Shown here piece by piece: positions 51,496 to 63,784 of a DNA stretch of 63,784 bases. The position numbers were made by a program, and so were the translations under genes. The number at the start of each line of letters is the position of its first letter. Positions within the stretch are counted from its first letter, which is position 1. Source of the stretch: Paraspadella gotoi (taxonomy: Eukaryota > Animalia > Chaetognatha); assembly GCA_051294375.1 (NCBI GenBank), contig CM119268.1, forward strand, positions 8,165,684-8,229,467, written 5' to 3'. The notes beneath the pieces were generated by a model. The model had not been told where the DNA came from and did not search any database. It saw nothing but the letters and a program-made list of their open reading frames with translations.

Positions 51496-54400
51496 GCACA
51501 AAGGCGTCATGAGATGGCACGTAGAAATGGCAATGACAATTTCTGGCGGCAATCTCTTTGGCAATTTTTGTGCAACTCTCGAAATCGTAAAAGATTCGAG
51601 GCAAGATCCTCATTTCCCGATATTGGCAATAAGAGAAGGTTGGGGAAAAATAGGAATCTTGTCTATTTGTTGTCGATTCTAATTATTTTTTTTAAAAGGA
51701 AACTAGCGTCTATCTTTTTGTTAGGTTTTTGTTTTGTTTTGTTTTTTTATCGACGCACAGATTTTGACGAGACTTGTCGATGCTTCCAATAATCTCGCCA
51801 TAATGATAACCCATTAACTCATCTTTTTTTTTACTCGCTGTCTTGTACCCAATTGACAGATTGACCTTTTTCCTAATTTTTGCCTTACCTTACCCTTACC
51901 CATACCTTACCCACGTATCAATCTGACCCCGTTTTCCCTTGAATCAAACGCATCTCATAATTTTCACCGCTCAACTCTCACTCAACATTTCACAAAAATG
52001 CTTGGAAATTTAATGAACGACCTTCACAAATTTTCCTCCGATTCACAATTCATCCACCCCCCATATTTTTACAGCCTCGTCTTCTTTTTCTTCTCCCCCT
52101 TTCCTCACTTTTTTCCACACGGTTTTATGACTCTGTTTACTTCCCAACCGATCGACTTTCCTCGCTCGTGCGCCTGCGCGTTTGGCAGAATTTACTATTT
52201 TACCGCTCCGTAGCAACTGCGCAGAATGTGGCGGAAAAAAACTTGAAAGTTATTTTAAGGTGGAGTTTGAGTGATGTTGGGGTGAGGCATCTGGGGAATG
52301 AAAGCACTAAGGGAGTAGGTGAGGTATTGGTGAGTCTGCTGCTGCTTGACAGTTTCGGTGGAAGTTAACGACGGATTTTTCAAGGCTTTCCTGATTTTCC
52401 TCACAACTTTAAAAAAAAAAATTTTCTCCCCTTTTCCCCGACATTTCTTGATGTTATTTTAAAGAGCTACCCCAAAAACTTATTTCATATTTCATATATA
52501 CATTAATAATTTAATAATTATTAGCATACTAAAATGTACGTAATATAAATGAAAAAAAATACTACGTATTACTCAACCCCCGATTTCTCGGTTCTGTTTT
52601 CCCTCGCGATATTTCTTCTCCATTTGAACTCTCGATTTTCAAATCCTCACTTGATCTTTTTCACATTTTCAATATCTCAATTTCAAAGTCGGCGGCGGCG
52701 GCGCCCACATGTATCCCAGCTTTCATCGTCCCTATTTCCTTTTCTCGTTTCTCCTCGAAATTTCGTTTCATCAGATCCACTTTGATCTACTCATTCGCCC
52801 CCAATTCTTTTCTCTACTTGGTTCTTCATTTGCCTTCTTATCCCTTCTCTTTTTCCATTCCTCTTCGTAACTTTCCTCCTTTCTCTCGCTTTTACATATC
52901 TCAATCCTGTTTGTTTTTACCATTTACCCTTTTCTCCCTCTCTTTACTTTTTCTTTCATCTCCCCATTTGTCTCCCAAATTGGTTTCACTCGCGCGCCCC
53001 TTTCTCTCCCCCACCNNNNNNNNNNNNNNNNNNNNNNNNNNNNNNNNNNNNNNNNNNNNNNNNNNNNNNNNNNNNNNNNNNNNNNNNNNNNNNNNNNNNN
53101 NNNNNNNNNNNNNNNNNNNNNNNNNNNNNNNNNNNNNNNNNNNNNNNNNNNNNNNNNNNNNNNNNNNNNNNNNNNNNNNNNNNNNNNNNNNNNNNNNNNN
53201 NNNNNNNNNNNNNNNNNNNNNNNNNNNNNNNNNNNNNNNNNNNNNNNNNNNNNNNNNNNNNNNNNNNNNNNNNNNNNNNNNNNNNNNNNNNNNNNNNNNN
53301 NNNNNNNNNNNNNNNNNNNNNNNNNNNNNNNNNNNNNNNNNNNNNNNNNNNNNNNNNNNNNNNNNNNNNNNNNNNNNNNNNNNNNNNNNNNNNNNNNNNN
53401 NNNNNNNNNNNNNNNNNNNNNNNNNNNNNTTTTTTTTTTTGCTAAAAGGTTCAATGACGGCGAAAACTCTTTCGCTCGGTCGGCATTTAAATATCTGGCG
53501 GTTTTGATCGTGAACGGAAAAAGTCAATCGGAATTACTGGATGATGATAAGGACCCTTTGTGAGTGTGACTGGTATTGCCTCACCTTCTCACGAGACGAG
53601 TTTAAAGTTTGTCGCGCCTTTCTTCTCAGATGCTGTTAAACCGAGGTAAGTCGCCTCTGGAGATCGATTTGGATAAGACTTGATAAACGGTTGTCATCAC
53701 AACAACAAACAAAAAACCTCGAGGCTGTCGACTTTAGCTTAACATAGTTTTGAAATGTTTAAAACGCGGAGAAACGACCGCGTAATAAAATTGGTCGGTC
53801 TGTCGGCAGCGATTTTTAAATTGAAATCGAAATTCGACAATGTACATGTCGATAATGTTGATTGTTGAGCGTTGGATCAAAATATTTTCGGATACTGGGG
53901 AAATTACTAATCTCATCCTAGGTTTCAAACTTGTCATTTATAAAGCCGAGAGACCCAGTAATAAACCCAATAATCCTTTTGATGAGTCCCAAAAATCTCT
54001 ATTTGACGGAATCAAGAATTGCCGAAGTAAACTCTGGAAAAAATCCTTTCCTCCGCGCATGCGCATTTCGAATTCAGTCGGTATCTTAAAACTAAAAGAC
54101 GATAAAGTCGGACTCTGCCACAACGCGGTTTCCATCCGTCAGATTTGGAAGCGGCGAGAGTTCGGAGAGGGTTCGGGGGAAGGGGGAAAAGGGGGAAAAG
54201 GGAAAAGGGAAAAGGGGGTGCTGGGGTCGAAGAGGGCGCTGGAGCAGGAGACAGAGTGTAAAGGAAAGTGGAGTAAAACTGCTTCATTATTTGAACGCGA
54301 AAGATGAGTATTGAGTAATAACAAAAATTTACATCGTGTTTCTCCGTAGCTGGTGTGAAGGTTTTTGTTAGCAATAGCCGCGTAGGAATGAAAAAATGCA

Positions 54401-55986
54401 GGAGTGCAGAGGCAAAAAAAAAAGCATGATCTTTGGAGCCACGTGGAACGGCAGCGGCGGCAGCGGCGGCAGCGGCGGCGGCGGCGGCGGCGGCTCGAGC
54501 GTTGTCAACTCAGCAGCGAGCAAGTTATTGAGTGAAATCTCGATAGGAAAACGAGAGGACGGGAATAAATTATCGGATTTCGCCGATTGCTTTTGAAAAA
54601 ATAGGGGAAAAAAATCAGAACCAGCGTTTTTTATTAGACAAACATTAATATTTCCATGTTTTATAATAATGAATTGTTACTCTGTGCAAGATTTTTAAGT
54701 CTCCAACAAAACATAGTCACGGTCTTAAATGTAAAATCATTTTAATCCCTTGAGAAGTTAAAAAGAAAACGCTTATTTCGTTCTTATATTTAATGTTAAT
54801 GTATATGTATAAACTGTTATAATGTTGTTGACTGACATCTTAAACTTAATTTATATTACTGTCCACGCAACGGACAGGACAGGGAGGAGAGATGACGAAC
54901 AGACCAAAAAAAGAGGTACAGTTACGGCTGTTTATTAAGATTAAGATCAACAAAATTTTAGTGACAAGACCGAGAAGTATATGTTTCTTTACTTTACTTA
55001 TAAAGTATAAATATTACTAAGATCTATATGTTTTCAAGTCATGCTTTTTGTGCGCGAGAAATGTCAAAATCGATTATAAAGAAAGAAAGAAATTACTAAA
55101 TTTGTAAAAAAAAGAAATTTTCGTTTTTGGTTTTCGAAAAAAATAATTTTTAGAGGCAAATCAATATGAAAAAAAAAAACAACCAAAACTATGATTACGA
55201 TTCCTTTTTTTTCGGTTTTTTTTTTTTATTTTCATGTTTTTGGTTGATTGCGAACCCATCTTTTTCAAAATGAGATTTGGAGTCTCTCCTCTCTCTCTGT
55301 CTGTCTGTCTGTCTGTCTGTTCTGTCTTTTCTTTCTTTCTTTCCTTTCTATTTCTTTTCTTTCTTCTTTTTCTTTCTTTCTTTCTTTCTTTCTTTCTCTC
55401 TCTCTCTCGTCTCTCTTTCTCTCTCTCTCTTCTCTCTCTCTCTATCTCTCTCTCTTCCTATCATAAGTGGGCAAAACCGAGAGAGATTGACATTCGGCCC
55501 CACATGTTGCCTGGAAAATTTGCAATAAACCAATCACCGATTTTCGATTCGCATTTCAACTTCCTATCCCTCCGTCCGTCCGTTCATCCGTTCATCCCTT
55601 CATCCCTTCATTCGTTCAATTATCTGTCTTTATTAGTCATAAAACATATGTCATCTTAATATCATCCTTAAGTCTCATCATTTTTTCCGCCTGCTTCGTC
55701 CCTTATACTCATTTCGTTGTGCTTTTTATATACATATATATATATAAGTGAACTTGAACAGTAAACATTGAATAGTAAACAGTAATCACTGAACAACCTT
55801 TGGAATTAATCCTCTTTCTTCCCTTTCCTAGTCCTTCTTCCGATTATTTTCCCATCATCTCTCATTTTTTTTCCTTCTTTATATCATTTATTTTATTTTC
55901 AATTGACCTTTTTTTCGCTTCTCTTTCCTCCCTTTTCCTTTTTCATTGCTTCCCTTTATATCTTCAGTGTCGTCTCTTCCCCCTCT

Positions 55987-56048
<62 letters not shown>

Positions 56049-56463
56049 TCCTCTCTCTCTCCTCACTTCCTCCTTTAACACCTTCCTCTCCCTGCCTTCA
56101 TTTTTTTCATTTAACTTTCTCTCTTTCTCTCTTTCTTCTCTTTCCTATTAATCCTTGCCCCCCCCACCGCCCCCCCCCGTTTTTTTTACGAAAAAGTCTC
56201 CTCCTTCGGGTTGGTGGTGTTTTTTCTTGCGACTGTCGCCTCCGTTCCTTTCGCGACGACAACAAAAACAACAAATCGACGACAAAAAAGTCGAAGACGA
56301 GGACAACAACAACAACAACAAGAACAACAACAGAACAACAACAACAACGGGTGAAAGGAAATCTTAATCCGCGACGAACGGGTGGAACAAATAAAAAGAC
56401 GGAGAAATTTTGTTGTGGTTATTGTTGTTGTTTTTTGTTGTCCATGTTGATGATGATGATGAA

Positions 56464-56501
<38 letters not shown>

Positions 56502-57589
56502 CGGGGGACTTATCTGTCAATCATAAGCAAAATATTGTCTATATTTGCAAAGTTTAACGGATTTTAAAGAATTTAAGTTAAAGTAACATTTAATTTTAAA
56601 TTCAAATTAAATTCAAATTTAATTCAGCTAAATTTTCATTTAATTTAATTATATCTTTTACATTGGTTTCCCGCTTCCGATTCTTTCTTTACAATGGGAT
56701 TCTTCGACAAAATTATCGTCACAAAAAGAGTCGATAATTCCACCTCCGCCGCCATGACGCTTTTTTTGTCAAGGAGACAGCGCCACCTTTCCTGGGTAAA
56801 CCAAAAAAAAATAATGGAGGGCGATTCCCAAGAGAGAAAAAAACATTAGCAAAAAACCTTGGATATGATTAACGGCTTTCGTAATTTTTGCGAAGTAACT
56901 AGTTTTTTTTTTTCAGCAACCAATACTCCATGTCTTTAGTGGAGTTCTTCGTGGATTACTCGACTCGTCTGCTAACAGGTGGGCGTGGCCCGATTTAATA
57001 TTATCTTCATGGGAAGACATGTGGCGTCGAAGGGTTTTTCTTCATCTTTTCTCAAATATCTTCGTTTTTCTTTAATTTTTTTTTTTGACTCGAGAAAAAT
57101 GCTTCGTCGTTCCTTTCATTAGATTACGACGCAAACTGACGGAAAATAAGAGAAATGAGAAAAAAAACAAGTTTGAGCAAACAACGTCGGATCTGCGGTA
57201 ATAAGCTTATCCGATGATTAATCACGATAATTCTTTCTTTCAATTTGTGATCTTAACAGATCATAACAAATCATAAAATAACAAATCATAACAGACATCT
57301 TTTTAAATCTATGAAAAAAAATCTATATATTAATCGATCTATTAATGAACCAGCAGCTGCGCCAATACCAACTGGCATAATTTGGTCAATTTGCGTAATT
57401 TGGTCAATTTGCAATCAAGTAGTCAATTAATGATACGTTAATATCCGATAAAGCTGTCTAATTAAAATAATAATTATAGAGAGAGAAAAAACTTACAATC
57501 AAGTTAATGTTAAGAGATTTTGTAATAAAATCAATAAAAGAATCTATCAATCAATTACCTGATCAATCAACCCATCAATCATTTTATTG

Positions 57590-57845
57590 GAGTTAAATTG
57601 TCGTGGACTTTGTTTTTTCCATTTAAACATATTTCCATACGCACGATTCCGTCGAAACTTAATATCAAGCTTAATTACACACTTTCCCACCCACACACGA
57701 AATTTCCTTTAAACCCATCAATCTAATCACAAGTAATTAGAGTCTTTTGCTAATTTGGGACGGACCTTCAGACAGATAGACAGACAGACAGACATAATTT
57801 TTTTTGCATAATTTGTCATTATTTGATGTTCTGACATAATATAAG
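57590..57845. repeat. Dispersed repeat with internal (GACA/GACG)n, DINE/Helentron-like; second copy at ~59585-59820, remnants at ~42720-42945
   Basis: Shared blocks GCACGATTCCRTCGAAACTT, CACACRAAATTTC and TTTTTTGCATAATTTRTCATWATTTGATGTTCTGA. Confidence 0.55.
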
Positions 57846-58098
57846 TGACAAAGTGGATTATAGAAAAACAATGAATGATAAGTGGTAAGAAGTAAAGAAC
57901 GAAGATGATTCCAACTCAAAGTGAGTCAATGTTGCGCAGAATAAGTAAAGAAGAAGAAGAAGAGAAGCGAGAGAAAAAAAGAGGAAGAAAACAAGTTATG
58001 AGGAAGAAGATAATTCTGTTGACGACTCTCCACTACAAACTGGTTTTCGTTTAAAATCGTCAAATTAATTTTTCGACTCCAGCGACGACCAAACGCGT

Positions 58099-58187
58099 TA
58101 TATAAAAAACCTCAAAAATATTTAAGAAATTCTTTGAAAAATAATTTTAAATAATAATTTTTCGACGCTTCTGTCAAAACATTACAA
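58099..58187 (+). promoter_or_regulatory. TATA box and probable non-coding first exon of the CRIP-like gene
   Basis: TATATAAAA at 58099; donor CAA|GTAAGT at 58187/58188; acceptor CAACAG ending at 58602, just before the ATG. Confidence 0.45.
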
Positions 58188-58608
58188 GTAAGTGAGAAAG
58201 AATCATAGGAGGAAAAAAAAACATTAAATTTAAATAATCCAAACCAAGTATCGAAAGCAGTCGAATAAAGAAAAGAAATATATGAAAAATTGCAAGATTA
58301 CTGGTTTTAATTTTTGTATTCAATTATATTCTTTATATAAAGTATATTCTTTTATAATGTAATTGGGAGAGTTATGTTCGTGTTGTCCCCTTGAAATAGA
58401 GGTAGCATCTATACAACACAAGGTTAAAAGTTACTTTCTGCCCTAGTTTTTTTTTTATTAAATATTAGACATCATTGAAAATTCAAAATATCCAAGTCTT
58501 ATTTAATAAACGAATTATAAGGCTATTTGCTGCGTCGTGCGGCACTTTTTCTAAAAATATAACATACAAGCCGAAGTTAAAATTTTGTTATATCTTCAAC
58601 AGCGAGCG

Positions 58609-59062
58609 ATGCCTCATTGTCCGGTGTGTAATGAAGTGGTTTACTTCGCGGAGAAGGTATTGTCGCTGGGCAAAGAGTACCACCGCCAGTGTTTCAGGTC
58701 AGGGAGACTTTTAATGACCTTTCATGACCTTGAAAAGGGAAAGTGAAACAGGTTTTTTTTTTGGTTACAGATGCACAAAATGTTCTAAAACGCTGTCGTC
58801 GGGAGATCACGCCGAGCATGAAGGTAAAGCGTTAAATTGATAGGTCCGTTGATTGATTGATTGATTGGATACAATGTTGCGGTGCATCGTGATCGACGGT
58901 TTAAATTTAAATAGATGTAACTCTTAGAAATATTTATTAAAATTAAATAAGGACATAAATTTTAATAGAAGTTTGTGACTTGGAAAAAAAATCACGCAAA
59001 CTAAATTTTTGCTCTTTTCAGGCAAACCCTATTGTCATAGCCCCTGCTACCCTGGCTCTTGA
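58609..59062 (+). CDS. CRIP1: Cysteine-rich protein 1 (CRIP)-like single LIM-domain protein, 3 coding exons, 60 aa to the first TGA
   Basis: Exons 58609-58697, 58771-58823 and 59022-59062 give [60 protein letters not shown], with the full LIM zinc-ligand set and CRIP motifs VYFAE and HAEHEGKPYC. Confidence 0.9.
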
Positions 59063-60160
59063 GGTTATGGGCACGATTCGCACGAAGGCGCGGAAAGATA
59101 CAAGTATTACCGCCTCTCAATGGATTCCAGCCGCCTAATCTTTCATGGTTATATATATTTTAAATGTAGTTTTCTTAGATTTAGATGGTTTGAAACTAAC
59201 ATGAAGATTGTCAAAATTTGCAAAACAGATTTTTAAAGTTTTTAGATATTTAATTCCGGTGGTCCATGTGAGAGGTTAATTGGTTTTTGTTCGTGATTCA
59301 ATTGATGATTCATAATTTTTTTCAAAGAAAATTGCTAATAAAAATATAATAAATTTAAGTAAATTACAATTCTTCAAACCTGTGGAGTCGGCGGCGAGAG
59401 CGATGATCGAATTTGACACCCAAAATTCAAGTAAAAGTGACGTTTGTTTATATCCAGTTTATATCCAGTGACGTTTGTTTATATCCAGCTCAATCACAAT
59501 TCCCTAACCAGACACAAAATTTCACCCAAATATGAATACTTAGAGTAATTATAAGTTAATGTAAGTTAAAAGGTTCATGTCAATGTAACTTTTGTTTTTC
59601 CCATTTTAACCCATTTCCACTTGCACGATTCCATCGAAACTTTAAACTCAGCTCAATCACACACATTCCTATACGTACACAAAATTTCATTCCAATCCAT
59701 CCATCCAATCACCAATAATTGGAATTTATTGCGAAGGTTGGAGGGACACTCGGACGGACGAACGGACGGACATTATTATTTTTTGCATAATTTATCATAA
59801 TTTGATGTTCTGATATGATAAAAATGATTTACCGACAAGCTTTTGGGGTAGGACCGACGGACCGTCAAAGTGAATTATGGAGTCGAAATCTGTTGATAAG
59901 ATAAAAATGAAATATGAAAGAAAAATAAGAAAAGAGAAAAGAAGAAAGAGAGAAAAAATAGAAATCAGATACATCTAGAAGGAAAAAAAATTGGGAGACT
60001 TAGTTAATCGAATCCGAATATCAAAGAAAATTTTCTCGCGATTCTTTACTCGTAATCAGATGTGGGCCTCAGCCAAGCCTCTTTCTCAATCGACGTCGAA
60101 TCCAGATCACATTTTCTCTCTTTCTCTTCTCAGCTTTTCGTTCGTTTCATTTTCTTTTCG

Positions 60161-60828
60161 TTACTTTTCAGTCAACTAATCTTCTTTTCTTCCTCCGCGA
60201 GACACGGAATTCAGAGTCAACGATCTCGACTTTTCTCTTTTTCTATTTTTTTTAAATACTTTTTCATTTACCTTTTTTTTAAATTAATATTATAAAGGCA
60301 CCGTGCAAAAAAAAAAAAAGAATTAAATCAGAAGACGCGCCAGAGATTCAATATTTAATTGTATCTTTAATTAAATTCTTTTTTCTAGTCTCGTTATTCA
60401 AGTTTATGTTTCCACTTCGCCGCGTGGTACAAGCTTTTCTCTAGAATTTCTCTTACAAATTAAATTGGACGTCGACCTTAGAGTACCTACTACGTTATTT
60501 TTCAGTCAACTAATCTTTTTTTCTTTATCCACGAGATACGGAATTCAGAGTCAACGATCTTGACTTTTCTCTTTTTCTATTTTTTTTTAATACTTTTTCA
60601 TTTACCTTTTTTTAAAATTAATATTATAAAGGCACCGTGCAAAAAAAAAGAAGAATTAAATCAGAAGACGCGCCAGAGATTCAATATTTAATTGTATCTT
60701 TAATTAAATTCTTTTTTCTAGTCTCGTTATTCAAGTTTATGTTTCCACTTCGCCGCGTGGTACGAGCTTTTCTCTGGAATTTCTCTTACAAATTAAATCG
60801 GACGTCGACCTTAGAGTACCTACTACGT
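60161..60828. repeat. ~333-bp tandem duplication x2
   Basis: TTTTCAGTCAACTAATC...GAGTACCTACTACGT occurs twice with scattered substitutions. Confidence 0.92.
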
Positions 60829-62048
60829 ATGAAGAAGGATCATCCTTTTTTATAACTTTTTAACTTAATATTTTATGTCAAGGTTTTTAATGCTATCATC
60901 TTTCAACCATTTTTAAAATTACAACTTCTCTTTAAAGTCCATAACTACTGACTTCTCTCACAATCAACGACATTTCATTCATAATCTTTGTCACATGTCT
61001 TTCAATTCTACATTTTCTCTCCAGCTCAAAAATACCTACCCCAAATGTCAATCTTAATCAGTAATGCAGTTTCCTTTTTTGCGATCGGTTTCTCAAGTTC
61101 GCCACAATCTTCCACCCTGGCAAGCACTCGCAAGGCGCTCAATGTGCACGCCCAATTGCGTGCGACACTCAGGCGCCGCACACGCTCCACGCACGCAGTC
61201 ACCAACCTCGATCGGAGCTTCCGTTGAAATGTTGCGAGGGTCTGGACGTTGGCTGGAAATTGGGTTTGGAATCCACGTCTGAAGTCGTCGTGGCACCTGA
61301 AAGAGAGAGAGAGAGAGAGGGAGAGAGAGAGAGAGAGAGAGAGATGGTTTGGGGAAGAAAGGGGGCGAAATTTGATTTAAAGTCGCGGGGAATGGACTTA
61401 GTGGATAGAAAAGGTATAGACGGACGGAAGAAAGAAGTGGTTTTTCATGTTAAGAGCAGAGGTTGGGTCGAAAACCTTCTTGGTAGAGAAGGAAAACGAC
61501 AGCAGAAAGAGATGAAAACAGGAAGAGACAAAATAAGGTTGACAATTTTATAGAAAGGGGAAAGGAAGAAAAAATAAACATTAGTGGGGGTGTTATATTT
61601 TTCGAGGATGGAAAGGTAGTCGGAGTCATAAAACTTAGGATAAGAGAAAATAAAAATAGGGAATTTTATGAAAGAGGAAACGAAGGTACATTTACAAAGG
61701 AGGAACGAAGAATAAAAGGAAAAAAGAAAGGAAAAGAAAAACATGCGATTTTGGAGAAGAGGAAAAAGATGAATCCCGAAAAAAAAAAAGAGACGTGGAA
61801 TCGGGAAAAGTCTATCGGCTCCAATGGAACCTTGAGAAACGCGGGAAAAACTCGGGAATCACGACGAGAAAATCAGTGACGGATCCGTGACCAGAAGCTT
61901 CGACCACCCCCCCCCGCTGTCCAAGGGAAAAAAAATCTCACCGAAACAAGAGTAAAGAAAAAAAAATAACGAGTAGATTTAGGAGATAGAGATGGAAAAA
62001 AACAAACTTAACCATATTGCTATTTGTTTCGCCAGAATCGTTTTTCGA

Positions 62049-62168
<120 letters not shown>

Positions 62169-62721
62169 ACACACTCACTCACACTCACACGCACGCCAAG
62201 GGGTGTCCCGGCGAAAACGGAAATTGAAAATTGGAAGGGCGCTACACGAGTTCGCATCGACAAATAAATCACCGAAATCGCCCTTACTTTGGCAAGAGGC
62301 GAAGACAATCGCCCTTACCTCGCCCTTACCTCTCCCTTACTTCCCGGCAAATCGAATCAACTGGGATTTTCTTTCAGCGGCGACCTTGCAAAGAAGGCAA
62401 GGGAAAATATATCCGCGATTGAATCGACAGAAGAAAAAAAAATAAATAAATGCGCGGCATTTTTTTCTGCGAGTTGTTTACGTTGTTGCTATTGTTATCA
62501 ATGTTTTTTAGTCACTTTTAAATGTTTTTTTTTAATTTTTGCTGTTTTTTGTTTTGATGTCGAATGACGATTTAATCATTGTTTTTTTGTGTGTTAGTTT
62601 AGTTCTTTATTGATTTTTGTTTTATCGTTGTTGTTCCAGGTATTTAGTTATTTTTTGTGGCCGTCTGGAAAGATACCCCTATGGTGGACTAAAGTCCACC
62701 AACCGCCCCAATCTCAAAGGT

Positions 62722-62957
62722 CCGGGGTTCTCGCCCGGGGTTCTAGCCCGGGTTCTAGCCCGGGGTTCTAGCCGGGGTTCTAGCCCGGGGTTCTTAGCCC
62801 GGGGTTCTAGCCCGGGGTTCTAGCCCGGGGTTCTAGCCCGGGGTTCTAGCCCGGGGTTCTAGCCCGGGGTTCTAGCCGGGGTTCTAGCCCGGGTTCTAGC
62901 CCGGGGTTCTAGCCGGCCGGTTCTAGCCCGGGGTTCTAGCCCGGGGTTCTAGCCCGG
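62722..62957. repeat. 14-bp GC-rich tandem array (CCGGGGTTCTAGCC)n, about 17 copies
   Basis: Directly visible; overlapping units can fold as CCGGG-gttctag-CCCGG. Confidence 0.95.
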
Positions 62958-62966
62958 TGGTCGCCT

Positions 62967-63041
62967 AGCAGTTAAGAGGGACGGGGCGCTTAACCCGCCT
63001 GTACATGGTGTTACAGGCTGATCCGAAGCTCAGGGACTGCT
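62967..63041 (+). ncRNA. Twister ribozyme, P5-type permutation with minimal P1
   Basis: P5 AGCAGTT/GACTGCT - AA - P2' GAGG - GA - T1 CGGG - GCGCT - TAA (cleavage loop) - P2 CCC - GC (T2) - P3 CTGTA/TACAG - G - P4 CTGA - loop TCCGAAGC - TCAG. Both pseudoknots can pair (TCCG/CGGG and GC/GC). Confidence 0.75.
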
Positions 63042-63784
63042 TTATTTATAAATATTTATAATATAAAATAATATAATATATTTATAATATAATAATTTAT
63101 AATTAAGTGTCTTATATTGAATGGTTCTGTCACAACATATAACAATAATTACTCTCTCTTCACCCCACGTTTAAAAACTTTTGAAATAAAACTTACTATA
63201 CAAAAAGTTAACATACAGTAAGTTCAGCAAGTGGTAAGCGTATCAATCAAGCGACGTCCGCATTGACCTCCAGCGAGTCATAACAGGCGGTCATAACTTT
63301 CCCGAAGACTCGAGAAAAGACATTCGAAGTTCGTTCGAGGTCGAGTGGATCGACAGGGAGGGTCGAGGGTGGGGCTTGGATCTGGGAGCGGAGAGGGGAT
63401 GGTGGAGCGATGGGATGGTTTAGCGGAGGACAGTGGAGCGGCAGGACAGTGGAGCGGCAGGATGATAGGGAGATGGACAGATGGGCGAAGAGAGTTGAAT
63501 AAGAGGCGGTTGGACAATGGGGTGGTAAGTCAGTGAGACTTACCTATAAGCCGTGAAAAAGGATATATCTAGCGAGCGTTCGAGCTTGATCGACAACGCA
63601 AGTCTCTGACCCGTCCATTGACCTGTGACCAGTTGCAGACCTTTCTTTCGTGATCGTGAGAGCGAGTCAATGTTTTCGGTGTCACCCTTTTTTAATCTCT
63701 CGCTCTCCAGTTGACTCGACGGGTCGGGCGACGGGTTAATCGTCTACGATTCGTCATTCGCTCTCGGAGTCGAACGCGTGACCT

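Noticed and set aside
62722-62957. Telomeric repeat or CRISPR array
   Set aside because: It is an internal 14-bp unit with no spacers and matches no telomere motif I recognise.

Overview
Eukaryotic (metazoan-like, probably invertebrate) draft-genome scaffold: AT-rich, dense in GA/GAAA/TTCA/GAC microsatellites, with N-gaps and error-rich stretches that look like uncorrected long-read fill. Most ORFs in the track are low-complexity noise. By manual splicing I recover a tRNA-Ser(AGA) and four protein genes: (1) a 21-exon, ~1017-aa coiled-coil gene (+, 17206-25694) preceded by an RFX X-box; (2) a convergent 5-exon, 372-aa DUF3445/heme-dependent oxidative N-demethylase (HDOD)-like gene with an apparent C-terminal tail anchor (-, 26702-28878); (3) a frameshift-ridden inward-rectifier K+ channel gene (-, ~44.7-46.1 kb); (4) a CRIP-like single-LIM gene (+, 58609-59062). 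A ~7.6-kb block is present twice and is probably an assembly artefact. The most notable non-coding signals are self-cleaving ribozyme motifs: a P5-type twister ribozyme directly after a 14-bp hairpin-forming tandem array (62.68-63.04 kb), and three Penelope-type minimal hammerhead relics, two of them inside inverted repeats (4.8, 7.5 and 11.1 kb). All family calls come from recognising motifs by eye; no searches were run.
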